Positions 1-10,900 of a DNA stretch of 41,357 nt are shown piece after piece (position 1 is the first letter of the stretch; every line of letters starts with the position of its first letter). Source of the DNA: Candidatus Gastranaerophilales bacterium (GTDB lineage Bacteria > Cyanobacteriota > Vampirovibrionia > Gastranaerophilales > Gastranaerophilaceae). The notes beneath the pieces were generated by a model. The model did no database searches and was not told where the DNA came from. It saw only the letters and a program-made list of their open reading frames with translations. A program made the position numbers and the translations under genes. The stretch lies in assembly GCA_947624605.1 (NCBI GenBank), contig CANQLA010000001.1:1-41357 (forward strand), given 5' to 3'.

Positions 1-245
<245 letters not shown>

Positions 246-391
246 CTAAACAAATTTTTTAATCAAGTACTTATTCTTACTTTTATTTATTTTGTTTTAT
301 ATTTTCTCTCCGTATCATTTTTTATTTTTGTTTGTACTTATCCTTTTTTCGTTATATAATATTATTGTATTCTTATTATTCAGGTGAAATT

Positions 392-742
392 TTGGGCTTC
401 TTAGGTGATTTTTTTTCAAATTCAAATAGCAAGAATAATTCCTTTTTTGAAACTACTACTGAAAGAGAAAACTTGAAAAATCAACTTACTCTGAGACTCA
501 TGCAATATGGCTTTACACGAATGGAAATCAATGAAGTTCTCGACGTTATTACTCTCGCAGAAGCCGATATAAAAGTTGCTAAAGATAGTCTTAATCACGT
601 TAATCTAAATAACCAAGACCCTACAAGATCAATTCATTCCGCTTTAAATGATATTAAACTCTATCAAAAAGAATTAGCTTTTAATTTAAGAAAAAAAATT
701 CTTGATATTATTGAAAGAAAAAAAACTATGCATCACCTTTAA
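392..742 (+). CDS. hypothetical small protein (start uncertain)
   Basis: The track ORF is 332-742. Its first 20 codons are low-complexity AT-rich read-through. AGGTGA at 382-387 followed by TTG at 392 is a more plausible start, and ATG at 500 is an alternative. No recognisable motif. It overlaps the convergent mazG 3' end by 17 nt. Confidence 0.3.
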   Translation: MGFLGDFFSNSNSKNNSFFETTTERENLKNQLTLRLMQYGFTRMEINEVLDVITLAEADIKVAKDSLNHVNLNNQDPTRSIHSALNDIKLYQKELAFNLRKKILDIIERKKTMHHL

Positions 743-1511
743 TTGTTTGTTCTTCTTGTACTATCCTTTTTGCTCTTTTCCATAATTTGTCCCACTCCTC
801 AAAGGATAATTCTTTCATTGGCTTTTCCGCCATTTCTTCCATCTTTCTGAATCGTTTTACAAATTTCGTATTTGATCGAATTAATGCTTGCTCTGCATCA
901 ATTTGGTTTCTTCTCGCTAAATTAACCAGGGCAAATAATATATCTCCAAATTCTTCTTCTTTATTATCATACGTTTTCGCTTGTATAAACTCTCTGAATT
1001 CAGACAGTATACACTGCTTTAGTTGTGTATCATTTTCCCATTCAAAACCTACTTTTACAGCTTTACAGCTTATTTTTTGCGCACTCATTAATGCTGATTG
1101 GGATTTTGAAATACCATCCATTACTGATTTTCTTTCGGGTTTTTCCTCTGCTTTTAATTTTTCCCAATTATCTAATATAACTTTTGTATCTTCTGTCTTT
1201 ATCTCTCCAAATACATGAGGATGTCTGTGTATCAGTTTTTCATTTAATCTCTTGGCTACTTCATCTATGTCAAAATATCCTTCTTCTTTTGCAATTTGCG
1301 AATGTAATAATACCTGTAAAAGTACATCTCCCAATTCTTCTTTTAAATGTGTCATATCTTCCGTATTTATCGCATCTACTGCTTCATAGGCTTCTTCTAT
1401 CATATTATGCCTTAATGATTTATGTGTCTGTTCCCTATCCCAAGCACATCCGTCTTTCGAACGAAGTATTGATATTGTTTTTATTAACGATTCAAGATTT
1501 GGATAATTCAT
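726..1511 (-). CDS. mazG: MazG-family nucleoside triphosphate pyrophosphohydrolase
   Basis: The 261-aa ORF contains CAWDREQTHKSLRHNMIEEAYEAVDAI and EELGDVLLQVLLH followed by a second EE.GD.LF repeat. This is the tandem MazG domain signature. Confidence 0.9.
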   Translation of the reverse strand: MNYPNLESLIKTISILRSKDGCAWDREQTHKSLRHNMIEEAYEAVDAINTEDMTHLKEELGDVLLQVLLHSQIAKEEGYFDIDEVAKRLNEKLIHRHPHVFGEIKTEDTKVILDNWEKLKAEEKPERKSVMDGISKSQSALMSAQKISCKAVKVGFEWENDTQLKQCILSEFREFIQAKTYDNKEEEFGDILFALVNLARRNQIDAEQALIRSNTKFVKRFRKMEEMAEKPMKELSFEEWDKLWKRAKRIVQEEQTIKGDA

Positions 1512-1513
1512 TT

Positions 1514-2380
1514 CTACCTCACCATTTGATCAACTGTCATTATAAGAATTCCCTGACCGCCAAGCTGTTTTAGCCTGTGTATGCTGTCATATACTTTATT
1601 CTTATCTACCACTACATGTATAACTACATTTTTATCATCTTCCAATAAACTCGTTACCGTAGGGGACGATAACCCGGGTAAAAACTCTTTGATTTTATCT
1701 AGTGATTCTTTTGGTATGTGTGCCATCAGATACTTTTTGTCTTCCGCTTCTGTTACTGACTTGATTGCTGTTAACAATACTTCCGTTTTCTCTTTTAATT
1801 CCTTCGATAAATCCTTCCTCGCAATTACTATTGCCGTCGATTTCATTATTTTATCTATTATCCTTAGTTTATTTGATTTCAATGTAGAGCCTGTCGATGT
1901 TATATCTACTACTACATCTGATAGTCCAAGCCTCGGTGTTATCTCCGTCGCTCCGGAAACTTCCGTTATTTCGCTTTCTTTGCCGATTTTATCGAAATAT
2001 TTTCTGGCAATATTTGGAAATGATGTCGCAACTTTGACTTTTGACGGTAATTCTTCAGGCTTTGTATATTTATCTTCTTCCTTAACTGCTACTACCATTT
2101 CACAGTTTCCAAAGTTTAAATCCATTATCTTTTCTACATCTGATTCTAATTCCGTTACTATGTCATATCCTGTAAAACCTATGTCTGCTACCCCTTTTTC
2201 TACAAAACTCGGTATATCCTGCGTTCTTAAAAATATTACCGAATAATCTCCGTCTCTCGTTGTTACTTGCAAAACTCTTTCTTCTTTCGTCGGAAAATTT
2301 AATCCCGCATTATTTAACAAGCCGTATATTTTCTCCGAAAGTCTACCCTTATTCGGTACCGCTAATTTTAATATTCCCAT
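1514..2380 (-). CDS. hisG: ATP phosphoribosyltransferase, long form
   Basis: The 288-aa ORF starts LKLAVPNKGRLSE and contains DIVTELESD and VDITSTGSTLKSNKL (HisG PRPP-binding signature), plus a C-terminal regulatory domain. Confidence 0.9.
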   Translation of the reverse strand: MGILKLAVPNKGRLSEKIYGLLNNAGLNFPTKEERVLQVTTRDGDYSVIFLRTQDIPSFVEKGVADIGFTGYDIVTELESDVEKIMDLNFGNCEMVVAVKEEDKYTKPEELPSKVKVATSFPNIARKYFDKIGKESEITEVSGATEITPRLGLSDVVVDITSTGSTLKSNKLRIIDKIMKSTAIVIARKDLSKELKEKTEVLLTAIKSVTEAEDKKYLMAHIPKESLDKIKEFLPGLSSPTVTSLLEDDKNVVIHVVVDKNKVYDSIHRLKQLGGQGILIMTVDQMVR

Positions 2381-3039
2381 TTTTCCGCCTGCCCGCCTTT
2401 GTATTCTTCTTTAGAAACAACTTCATTGAATGCTTTTCTCTTCTTCTTAGGCGTTATTATCCCTTCTTTTCGATATCCCAGTGCTAAAAACGCTATTATT
2501 ATCATTCCTTCCGGTATTTTAAATATATTCCTCACTTCTTCGGCTAAATCAGGAGAAAATCCTGTTAACTCATTTGCAATTGCTCCTACTATACAAGCAT
2601 CTATTCCTAAATGTTTCGCTTGAAGATCCATATATGAAATTGCGTATGTGCATTGTTCTATCGTTCTTAATATAAGCATTTGCTCACTTCTGTTGGCAGG
2701 ATTATATCCGCCGTCTTCCAGCAAATTTACTATCCCTTCTCTATCTATTCCTTTCTCCTCCAATATCCTTCCGAAATTTGCTTTGTTCCAAGCCGTTAAA
2801 TCACCTAAAACTATTATTACGTGAGATGCTTCTTTAATTTGCCTTTGAAAATTTGCACATTTTGACAAAAAACTTTTATGCTCTTCTTTATCTGTTACTA
2901 TAAAATGCCAGGGCTGTACATTCATCCATGATGGTGCTATCCTGCCTGCTTCCAGTATCTCTTTTATTTCTTTTTCTCCAATTTTGTCCGGCAAAAAATT
3001 CCTTATTGAACACCTTTCCTCTATTTCCTTTAATAACAA
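2368..3039 (-). CDS. nitroreductase-family oxidoreductase
   Basis: The 223-aa ORF has RCSIRNFLPDKI...ILEAGRIAPSWMNVQPWHFIV, the typical nitroreductase N-terminal FMN-binding motif. It overlaps the hisG start by 13 nt. Confidence 0.8.
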   Translation of the reverse strand: MLLKEIEERCSIRNFLPDKIGEKEIKEILEAGRIAPSWMNVQPWHFIVTDKEEHKSFLSKCANFQRQIKEASHVIIVLGDLTAWNKANFGRILEEKGIDREGIVNLLEDGGYNPANRSEQMLILRTIEQCTYAISYMDLQAKHLGIDACIVGAIANELTGFSPDLAEEVRNIFKIPEGMIIIAFLALGYRKEGIITPKKKRKAFNEVVSKEEYKGGQAEKWEY

Positions 3040-3061
3040 TACTTTTGTCTCCTTTTTTACT

Positions 3062-4390
3062 TTATTCGCTCTGTGATAATATTACTGTAAAATCACTATT
3101 CATACAATATCTGTGAATAGGGTCATATACAAATTGTAAATCAGTTAATTCTTCGTAATTTTTCTTTAAACCTTTTATTATTGCTCTCGTTACTATCGGC
3201 GTGTGTCCGCATATTTGTGAATGAGGCAATTTGCTTCTCTTCTCACAATTTACCAAATACCCTGCTGCTTCTAATTCCTGTTTTAAATTCATTGCGGATT
3301 GTGCCGTTTCATTATTGTATATTATTCCTGCCCTCGGAAGTCGGTTATTTTTTATATCGGTCGTTTTATTATATACCATTCTGTTAATTACTTCTCTGCA
3401 TTTGTCAGGATCTAATATCCAATAACTTATACTCCCCTTTTTATTTGGCGAACCGGGCATTGTCGCCGTTTCTATCTTTGACAGATCCAATCCCGTTGCT
3501 AATGCCGCATACTGCGTCATTTGAAACAAGCTTAAATTACTCTTTATATATTTGTCCGCTATTTTTAATGCCTCCGGTATCTTGGCTATTGCTTCCGGAT
3601 CTTTCATCCTCTCTGCTAATGCCCTTAAAAACCACTGCTGCCTCGATGTCCTGCCTATATCTCCCAGTGCATCTTTCCTGAATCTTAAAAATCCCTCCGA
3701 TTCTTTCCCGGATAATATGTGATTGCCTTTCGTCAAATTTACATGTAATTTCCCAGAATAATCATTGTATATCATGTCTTTTTCTACATATACAGGCACT
3801 CCTCCGATTGCATCGATAAATTTTACAACCCCTTCAGTATTAAAAACTATATAGTTATGTATCTTTATCCCAAATGTCTTTTCTATTGTTTCTTTTATTA
3901 AATCTATTCCTCCGATTGCATGTGCCGCATTTATCTTATCTATTCCTTTATCTTCCGCAAGATATACTTTGCTGTCTCTCGGAATTGACAATATATTAAT
4001 CGATTTGTTCTTTGGATTTATACTCAATATTACAATTGTATCTGAACGTGTGTTCTTAAACGGATCTGAACCTTCTCCGTTTGAATCTACTCCTAATATA
4101 AGTATATTTTGTCGCTTGTTGAATATTTTATCCGTTAATTGCTGCTTCTCTAATTGTACTACTTCATTCTTTTTATAAAATAATTCATTTTCTGCTTCTG
4201 CTTTGTCTTTAAAATATTTGTACGTGAAAAATGTCCCTATTACAATTATAAAAATAGACAAACAAATTGATAATATGGTCATTAAATTATCTTGCTCTTT
4301 TTCCTTTTGCCGCAAATATCTAGAAAGACCCTGCTCCCTGCTTTCTTGCGTCAGTTGCATAAATTCTCGTTTGTTTTTTTCTTCGGACAT
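3062..4390 (-). CDS. LytR-CpsA-Psr (LCP) family cell-envelope glycopolymer transferase
   Basis: The 442-aa ORF has an N-terminal TM helix, then ILILGVDSNG....RSDTIVILSINP...SIPRDS.V and FLRFRKDALGDIGR (LCP core), followed by a C-terminal LytR_C-like extension. Confidence 0.85.
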   Translation of the reverse strand: MSEEKNKREFMQLTQESREQGLSRYLRQKEKEQDNLMTILSICLSIFIIVIGTFFTYKYFKDKAEAENELFYKKNEVVQLEKQQLTDKIFNKRQNILILGVDSNGEGSDPFKNTRSDTIVILSINPKNKSINILSIPRDSKVYLAEDKGIDKINAAHAIGGIDLIKETIEKTFGIKIHNYIVFNTEGVVKFIDAIGGVPVYVEKDMIYNDYSGKLHVNLTKGNHILSGKESEGFLRFRKDALGDIGRTSRQQWFLRALAERMKDPEAIAKIPEALKIADKYIKSNLSLFQMTQYAALATGLDLSKIETATMPGSPNKKGSISYWILDPDKCREVINRMVYNKTTDIKNNRLPRAGIIYNNETAQSAMNLKQELEAAGYLVNCEKRSKLPHSQICGHTPIVTRAIIKGLKKNYEELTDLQFVYDPIHRYCMNSDFTVILSQSE

Positions 4391-4482
4391 TTCTTCTTCT
4401 CTGTTTTATTGCTATTTTACATCAAATATTTTGAAATTAATATAAAATTGAATCCGTTTAATATTTGTGTTTTAATTTTAAT

Positions 4483-5715
4483 ATGAAATATACTTCTTTT
4501 GAAATAGTACAAAAAGCTGAGAAAAAAGTTGCAGAACAATTTAAAATAATTGATGAAATTAAAGAATTTAATCAGGAAAAAGTTCTCGATGCTTTTATTA
4601 AAAATCAAATCGGAATGCAGCATTTTTATACCGTTTCAGGATACGGACACGATGATATCGGCAGAGATGCCTTGGATAACCTTTTTGCCGATATTTTTCA
4701 CTCAGAAAAAGCTATGGTTCGACCTCACTTTGTTTCCGGTACTCATACTCTGTCGTGCTGCCTGTTCGGTTGTTTAAGATACGGCGATAAACTCTTGTCT
4801 GCTGCCGGCTCTCCTTATGATACTATGGAAGAAGTTATCGGTAAAAGAGGTAATCTTAAACATTCTCTTATCGGACATGGTATCTCTTATGATGAAGTAC
4901 CTCTAATTTCTACAACCGGTGAAGTCGATTTTGATGCATTAAAAAATAAAGTCGATAATTCCGTTTCAATGGTCCTCATTCAGCGTTCCAGAGGTTATTC
5001 GCTGCGTAAATCCCTTAATATCAGTACAATTAAAAATATTATTAATATCGTTAAATCAAAAAATCCTGATTGTATCTGTTTCGTCGATAATTGCTATGGA
5101 GAATTTGTCGAAAAACTTGAACCTATTGATGTCGGAGCTGATTTGATTGCAGGTTCCCTCATTAAAAATCCAGGTGGCGGAATAGTTGAAGCCGGCGGCT
5201 ATGTCGCCGGAAAAGACGAACTCGTCGAACTCGTCGCCGCCTCTCTTACTGCCCCGGGAATCGGCAGACAGGGCGGTGCTATGTTTAATCAGTCCAGATT
5301 AATCTTTCAAGGCATTTTTATGGCTCCTTCCATAGTCGCTGAAGCTCTAAAAGGTGCTGTCTTGGCTTCTCAAGTCTTTCAAGATATCGGTTTTATCTCT
5401 ACCCCAAAACCTCTCGATATTCGCACTGATTTAATTCAAACTATCAATTTCGGTCAAAAAGAACCTCTTATTCGCTTCTGTAAAACTATTCAACAGTGTT
5501 CCCCAATTGAATCCTATTTGACTCCTGTCCCTGATTCCGTTCCGGGATATGATGATTACCTCATTATGGCAGGAGGAACCTTCATTGAAGGCTCTACTAT
5601 TGAACTTTCCGCTGACGGTCCTGTAAGACCTCCTTTTGCCGTTTATATGCAAGGCGGTCTCAATTACGCTCATGTGAAAATTGCTCTATCCAGAGCTTTA
5701 GATAATTTGTTGTAA
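4483..5715 (+). CDS. YnbB / aluminium-resistance family PLP-dependent lyase (Met_gamma_lyase-like)
   Basis: The ORF contains QHFYTVSGYGHDDIGRDALDNLFADIF, VRPHFVSGTHTL, LIQRSRGYS.R and GSLIKNPGGG, typical of this family. I moved the start from the TTG at 4465 to the first ATG at 4483. Confidence 0.8.
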   Translation: MKYTSFEIVQKAEKKVAEQFKIIDEIKEFNQEKVLDAFIKNQIGMQHFYTVSGYGHDDIGRDALDNLFADIFHSEKAMVRPHFVSGTHTLSCCLFGCLRYGDKLLSAAGSPYDTMEEVIGKRGNLKHSLIGHGISYDEVPLISTTGEVDFDALKNKVDNSVSMVLIQRSRGYSLRKSLNISTIKNIINIVKSKNPDCICFVDNCYGEFVEKLEPIDVGADLIAGSLIKNPGGGIVEAGGYVAGKDELVELVAASLTAPGIGRQGGAMFNQSRLIFQGIFMAPSIVAEALKGAVLASQVFQDIGFISTPKPLDIRTDLIQTINFGQKEPLIRFCKTIQQCSPIESYLTPVPDSVPGYDDYLIMAGGTFIEGSTIELSADGPVRPPFAVYMQGGLNYAHVKIALSRALDNLL

Positions 5716-5721
5716 AAATTA

Positions 5722-5752
5722 AAAAGGAAGAATTTCGCATCCTTCCCTTTTT
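5722..5752. terminator. weak imperfect hairpin between convergent genes
   Basis: ggaag (5726-5730) pairs with cttcc (5742-5746), flanked by an A-run and a T-run. It lies between the stop at 5715 (+) and the stop at 5782 (-). Confidence 0.35.
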
Positions 5753-5781
5753 ATCTTTTTGTCGTTTATATTTTCTCTTCC

Positions 5782-6138
5782 TTATTCGTATTTGTGTTTG
5801 TATTCCAAATACTGCTCATAATAAGTCTTTTCTTTATTGTCTTGTGTCCCTTCTGCATTCCTGTTTTTAGCTGTTTCTCTGTTTTTATCATCTGTGTCCA
5901 TCTCATATTTCGCTCTTACTTGTGACAATTGCTCCGTGTATTTTGCTTGCTCGGCTTCATCTGCATTCTTCTCTTGTATTCCGTACATCGCTTTATATAA
6001 CTTTGCATTTATCGGTGATGCTTCCTCCTCCGCATATCCCGCTTTCATCTCTTGTTTAATATCTCCCTTTTTGTTTTCATCTTTTACATTTATTGCATTA
6101 TTTGCATTCGTTATACCATTAACCGCATTTACACGCAT
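5782..6138 (-). CDS. hypothetical highly charged (K/E/N/D-rich) protein
   Basis: I trimmed the track ORF 5782-6159 to the ATG at 6138, which has a strong AGGAGA RBS (rc of 6146-6151) 7 nt upstream. No signal peptide and no recognisable domain. Confidence 0.5.
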   Translation of the reverse strand: MRVNAVNGITNANNAINVKDENKKGDIKQEMKAGYAEEEASPINAKLYKAMYGIQEKNADEAEQAKYTEQLSQVRAKYEMDTDDKNRETAKNRNAEGTQDNKEKTYYEQYLEYKHKYE

Positions 6139-6300
6139 ATTTCTTTCTCCTATATTCATTCTCTTTCTATTAAATCATAACTATAAATACTTTTGTTACT
6201 TTTTTCCTAAATTGTTAAAATTATTAAGATGTTTTTTTTAAGTTTGTATTTTATATAATTTCATTATATGTTAAAATAATTAAGGAATTATGGGGTTCGT

Positions 6301-6984
6301 ATGAAAAAGTTTTGCATTTTATTTTTGATGCTTCTTTTAGTTTTACCTGCTAATGCTTTTATCGTTGATGAAACAAAAAATGGTGAAATAAATTCTTTAG
6401 TTAACAAAATTGGCTTCTCTATCCTAAATGCCAATAAAATTCCTTATCGTATTACTTTCTCCGTAAAACAAAACTCTAAATACTTGATTGCTTCTTCTTC
6501 TCCAAGAAACAGAAAAATTGTTATTTATAAAAATTTATTACCGCAAATTGATGATGAGGATGAATTAGCTGCAATTATTGCTCATGAAATCTCTCACGGC
6601 GTCGATTCAAATGAAGGCATTTTTAAGGGATTCTTTTCTTTCTATGAATATTTAGCCGCTCCTAAAAAATATGAAATTAAAGCTGATAAAAGAGCCGTTG
6701 ACTATTTGGTTAATGCCGGTTATAACCCGGTTGCCATTATCGTTGTTTATTCAAAATTATTACCGCAACCCAGATACGATTGGTTTATGTTTCACCCTCT
6801 TCCTTCTAAAAGAATGATGTATATTTATGAATATATTTTTAACAAATATCCGGCTTTCCTCGTAAATAATAAGTATAAAACTAATTTGTATTACCAAAAT
6901 TTCCTCTTAACTTCACAACAAAACAGAAAAAAATTGCAAAATAAAATTCAATCTGATTCCCAAAAAATATTAAGGTATGAGTAA
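6301..6984 (+). CDS. secreted M48-family zinc metallopeptidase
   Basis: N-terminal signal peptide (MKKFCILFLMLLLVLPANA). HEISHG HExxH zinc motif within ELAAIIAHEISHGVD. Confidence 0.8.
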   Translation: MKKFCILFLMLLLVLPANAFIVDETKNGEINSLVNKIGFSILNANKIPYRITFSVKQNSKYLIASSSPRNRKIVIYKNLLPQIDDEDELAAIIAHEISHGVDSNEGIFKGFFSFYEYLAAPKKYEIKADKRAVDYLVNAGYNPVAIIVVYSKLLPQPRYDWFMFHPLPSKRMMYIYEYIFNKYPAFLVNNKYKTNLYYQNFLLTSQQNRKKLQNKIQSDSQKILRYE

Positions 6985-6986
6985 TA

Positions 6987-7793
6987 ATGCGTAATTTCCT
7001 TGCTTCTTTTATTATTCTTTGCTTTCAATATAATTCTTTTTGTTTCGCTTCCGAAATTAATTCCTTTCAAAAATTTAATCAAACACAATCATTTACTAAA
7101 AATAATTATAACATTCTTTATGCCGGAATTAGTTATGATAAACAAAAAGAACAATTTGAAGATGAATTGGTTGCAAAATATTCGGATAAATCTCTTCAAA
7201 TTCCACAAATAAATATCAATTATATTAACGATCCATTGGTTGATAATATTACCTTTTTATCTAAAAATCCCAAAAGCTGCATTTCTCCTAACAATAGCCT
7301 GATTGAAGATGATTTCGTAAAATCTCATCTTGTTAAGTTTGCCAACGTGTCTTATCATAAAAAAATATATAATTTTGAAAACTTAAATCATACTATTGTC
7401 AAAATTTGTGCCAAAAATTTCGTTTCCACTAAATTCCTTAAATCTGAAGGGCAAATTATTGAATTTATTACAACTGAAGACGTTATTCAAAACAAAAAAG
7501 TTATTATCCCTAAAAATTCCGTGATTACCGCAAGAGTCGAAACAATTTCCCCTAACATGAGCAGAGGCATTCCTGCTGATTTGATTATCGGAAATTTTAA
7601 ATACGGAAATATAAATTTGGAAGGTGAAATTTCTAAAACCGGTGCAAGCAGAATTTATTGGATTATCCCGCTTGCTTTCATTGCAAATACTTTATTTTAC
7701 GGCTCCGGCTATATACTTTGGATTATAAGAGGCGGACATGCAAAGCTTAAACCAAATCAAATATACGAAATTGCTATGCCTGACGTCATTTAA
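6987..7793 (+). CDS. hypothetical secreted protein
   Basis: The 268-aa ORF starts 3 nt after the M48 gene. It has a signal-like N-terminus (FIILCFQYNSFCFASE) and a hydrophobic C-terminal segment. No family recognised. Confidence 0.55.
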   Translation: MRNFLASFIILCFQYNSFCFASEINSFQKFNQTQSFTKNNYNILYAGISYDKQKEQFEDELVAKYSDKSLQIPQININYINDPLVDNITFLSKNPKSCISPNNSLIEDDFVKSHLVKFANVSYHKKIYNFENLNHTIVKICAKNFVSTKFLKSEGQIIEFITTEDVIQNKKVIIPKNSVITARVETISPNMSRGIPADLIIGNFKYGNINLEGEISKTGASRIYWIIPLAFIANTLFYGSGYILWIIRGGHAKLKPNQIYEIAMPDVI

Positions 7794-7946
7794 AATCATT
7801 ATACCTTCTTGATTTTTATATAAATTTATATTCGACACTAATGGTGCCATTTTGTCGTAACAAATTTTTTATATATCAAATATTATTTCCTTGAAACTAA
7901 TGGTGTTAATGTTCAAATATGTTGTATTACACTTTTTGCCTGTTAA

Positions 7947-10900
7947 TTATAACTTTAATAGTCTTTTTACCATTTTAATCAACCTTACTTTCGGATTTCC
8001 AAAGATGCTATACAATACGGGTAATACAATTAACGTTAAAAATAGTGATGAAATTAGTCCTCCAATGATTACGGTTGCAAGTGGTTTTTGAACTTCTGCT
8101 CCCGAACCTGTAGAAACAGCCATCGGTAAAAAGCCTAACGATGCCACAAATGCTGTCATCAAAACCGGACGAAGCCTTGTTGCTGTTCCTATTCTTATTG
8201 TATCTTTGATGGAATATCCTTCTTTTTGCAATTTATTAAATGTGGAAATTAATACAAGTCCGTTTAAAATAGCTACTCCAAAAAGTGCTATAAATCCAAT
8301 GATTGCAGGTACACTTATATACATCCCTCTTATCCATAGTGCCGCTATTCCTCCTACTGCCGCAAATGGTATATTAAACATTACAAGCAGTGCTTCCGTT
8401 ACAGATGAAAATGTTCCCACAAGCAATATGAATATTATTAATATTGATACCGGTACAACTATTGCAAATTTTTTCATTGCTCTTTGTTGATTTTCAAATT
8501 GTCCGCCCCATTGAATATAATATCCCGGCGGTAAGGATATTTTCTCTTCTATCTTCTTTTGCGCTTCTTTTACAAATGAACCTATATCTCTGCCTCTTAC
8601 ATTGCATTGTATAATTATTCTCCGCTCGCCAAATTCTCTATTAACCGCTTCTATTCCTTCTGTTATTTTTACTTCCGCAACTTGTCCGAGCGGTATTTTT
8701 CTTCCATCGTCTGTATCTACAAGCAGATTTTTTATTGATATGATATCTTTGTCTATTCCTCTTTGATTTAACTTTACTCTTAATGAAAATCGTTTTTTTC
8801 CGTCTAATATTTCCGATGCTTGTTCCCCCATTATCGCTGTTGTCACAAGTGTTTTTATATCTTCAATATCAATTCCGTATCTGGACATTTTTATTCTGTC
8901 AGGGGTAATTAACAATTGATTCGTTCCTGATAATTGCTCTGTTTGAACATCATATGCTCCTTTTATATTTTGTATTATTGCTTCTGTTTGTTCGGCTTTT
9001 TGCGTTAATATTTCTAAATCTTCACCAAAAATTTTTATTGCAATATCTGATTTTACTCCCGATACAAGTTCATTTACTCGCATTTCTATTGGTTGGGTAA
9101 AGCTGAAGTTCGCTCCGGGTACTCTTTGCTTTAATATTTTATCCATTTCTATTCCGATTTTTTCTTTATTTTCTCCTTTTCTCCATTTCGATTTCGGTAT
9201 TAGATTTACATACATATCTGTTTCATATACCCCCATAGGATCTGTCGCTAAATCCGCTCTCCCGATTTTCGATACTACTTGACTTACTTCCGGTATATTC
9301 TCTATGATTGTCTTTTCTATTAATGTTGTCGTTTTTATCGTCTCTGATAACGATATACTCGGCATTGACATAACTCCTATTGAAAAACATCCTTCATCTA
9401 AACTCGGTATAAATTCTGTTCCTTTAAATGCTAACGATGAAACACTTATAACAAATAATAAAATCGCTGTTATTACTGTCTTTTTTCGGTTATGCATTGC
9501 TTTTTCTAATATTGTATTATAGTGTCTCCTTATATTTTCTATAATTCTGTTATTCTTGTTTTCACTTCCGCTCTTTAAAAATCTAATGCATAATACCGGC
9601 GTTAGCACAAGTGCCGTTATTAGTGAGCCGAACAATGCAAAACATACCGTGTATACCATTGGCGAAAACATTTTATATTCCATTCCCTCTAAGGCTAGTA
9701 TCGGCATGTATACTACCGTTATTATTAGAACTCCAAAAAATATCGGCCTCGCCATTTCTTTTACCGCTGTTTCTACTATTTCCTCTTTTGTATATTTGCC
9801 TCCGCTTTCCCTCATATGACGGATTATATTTTCACTCATAACTATCGCTCCGTCTACTATCATTCCGAAATCTATTGCTCCAAGACTCATTATATTTGCA
9901 CTTATTCCCATTGCCTTCATTCCTATAAATGAAAACATCATTGCCATAGGTATCGTAAATGCTACTATTAGTGCCGCTTTTATGTCTCCTAACATTAATA
10001 ACAATACCAGAACTACTAATATCCCTCCTTCTATCAGATTTGTCCGTACCGTCTTTATCGTCTGTTCAACCAGGTTCGTCTGATCGTAAAAAGGTTTAAT
10101 AGTTACCCCCTCCGGAAGATTTTTTTTGATTTCTTCCATTCTCGCTTTTACTTTTTTTATTACTTCTCGGCTGTTTTCTCCTTTTAACATCATTACTATT
10201 CCGGTTACAACTTCTCCTTTACCATCTTTTGTTGCTGCTCCCTGCCTTAACATCTCTCCGTATTCTACTTTCGCTATGTTCTTTATATATACCGGCGTTC
10301 CGTTCTTATACGTTACTACTATGTTTTTTATATCTTCTAATGAATTTATTAATCCTATACCTGATACTATATACTGCTCTGAAGCATGTTCTATAATTCC
10401 TCCGCTGAAATTCGCATTATTTTTATTTAATGCTTCAAATACTTCCTTTAAACTTATTTGGTATGCAAGTAGTTTCTCAGGATATATCACAACTTGATAT
10501 TCTCTCGTTTTCCCTCCCCAGGTATTTACTTCGTTTACTCCTTTTACCGTCCTCAGCTGGTATTTTATATCCCAGTCATGAAGCATTTTTAATTCATCTG
10601 ATGTGTATCCTTTGCCTTCTATTGCGTATTGATATATTTCTCCCATTCCTGTTGTAATCGGTCCCATCTCAGGATTAATTCCCTTTGGCAATTTCCCTGT
10701 AACTGATTGTAGTCTTTCGTTTACTAACTGCCTTACAAAGTATATGTCTGCATCGTCTTTGAATACTATTGTTACCAGTGATAATCCAACTTTTGATATG
10801 GAGCGGATTTCTTCCACTCCCGGTATTCCATTCATTATCGATTCTATCGGTATTGTCACCAGCTGCTCGGATTCCGTCGGCGCCATTCCTAATGTATCTG

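Noticed and set aside
332-391. The TTG-initiated N-terminal extension of the 332-742 ORF (MYLSFFRYIILLYSYYSGEI).
   Set aside because: It is low-complexity read-through of AT-rich promoter DNA with no RBS. An internal AGGTGA-TTG (392) or the ATG at 500 is a more plausible start, and the gene itself is low confidence.
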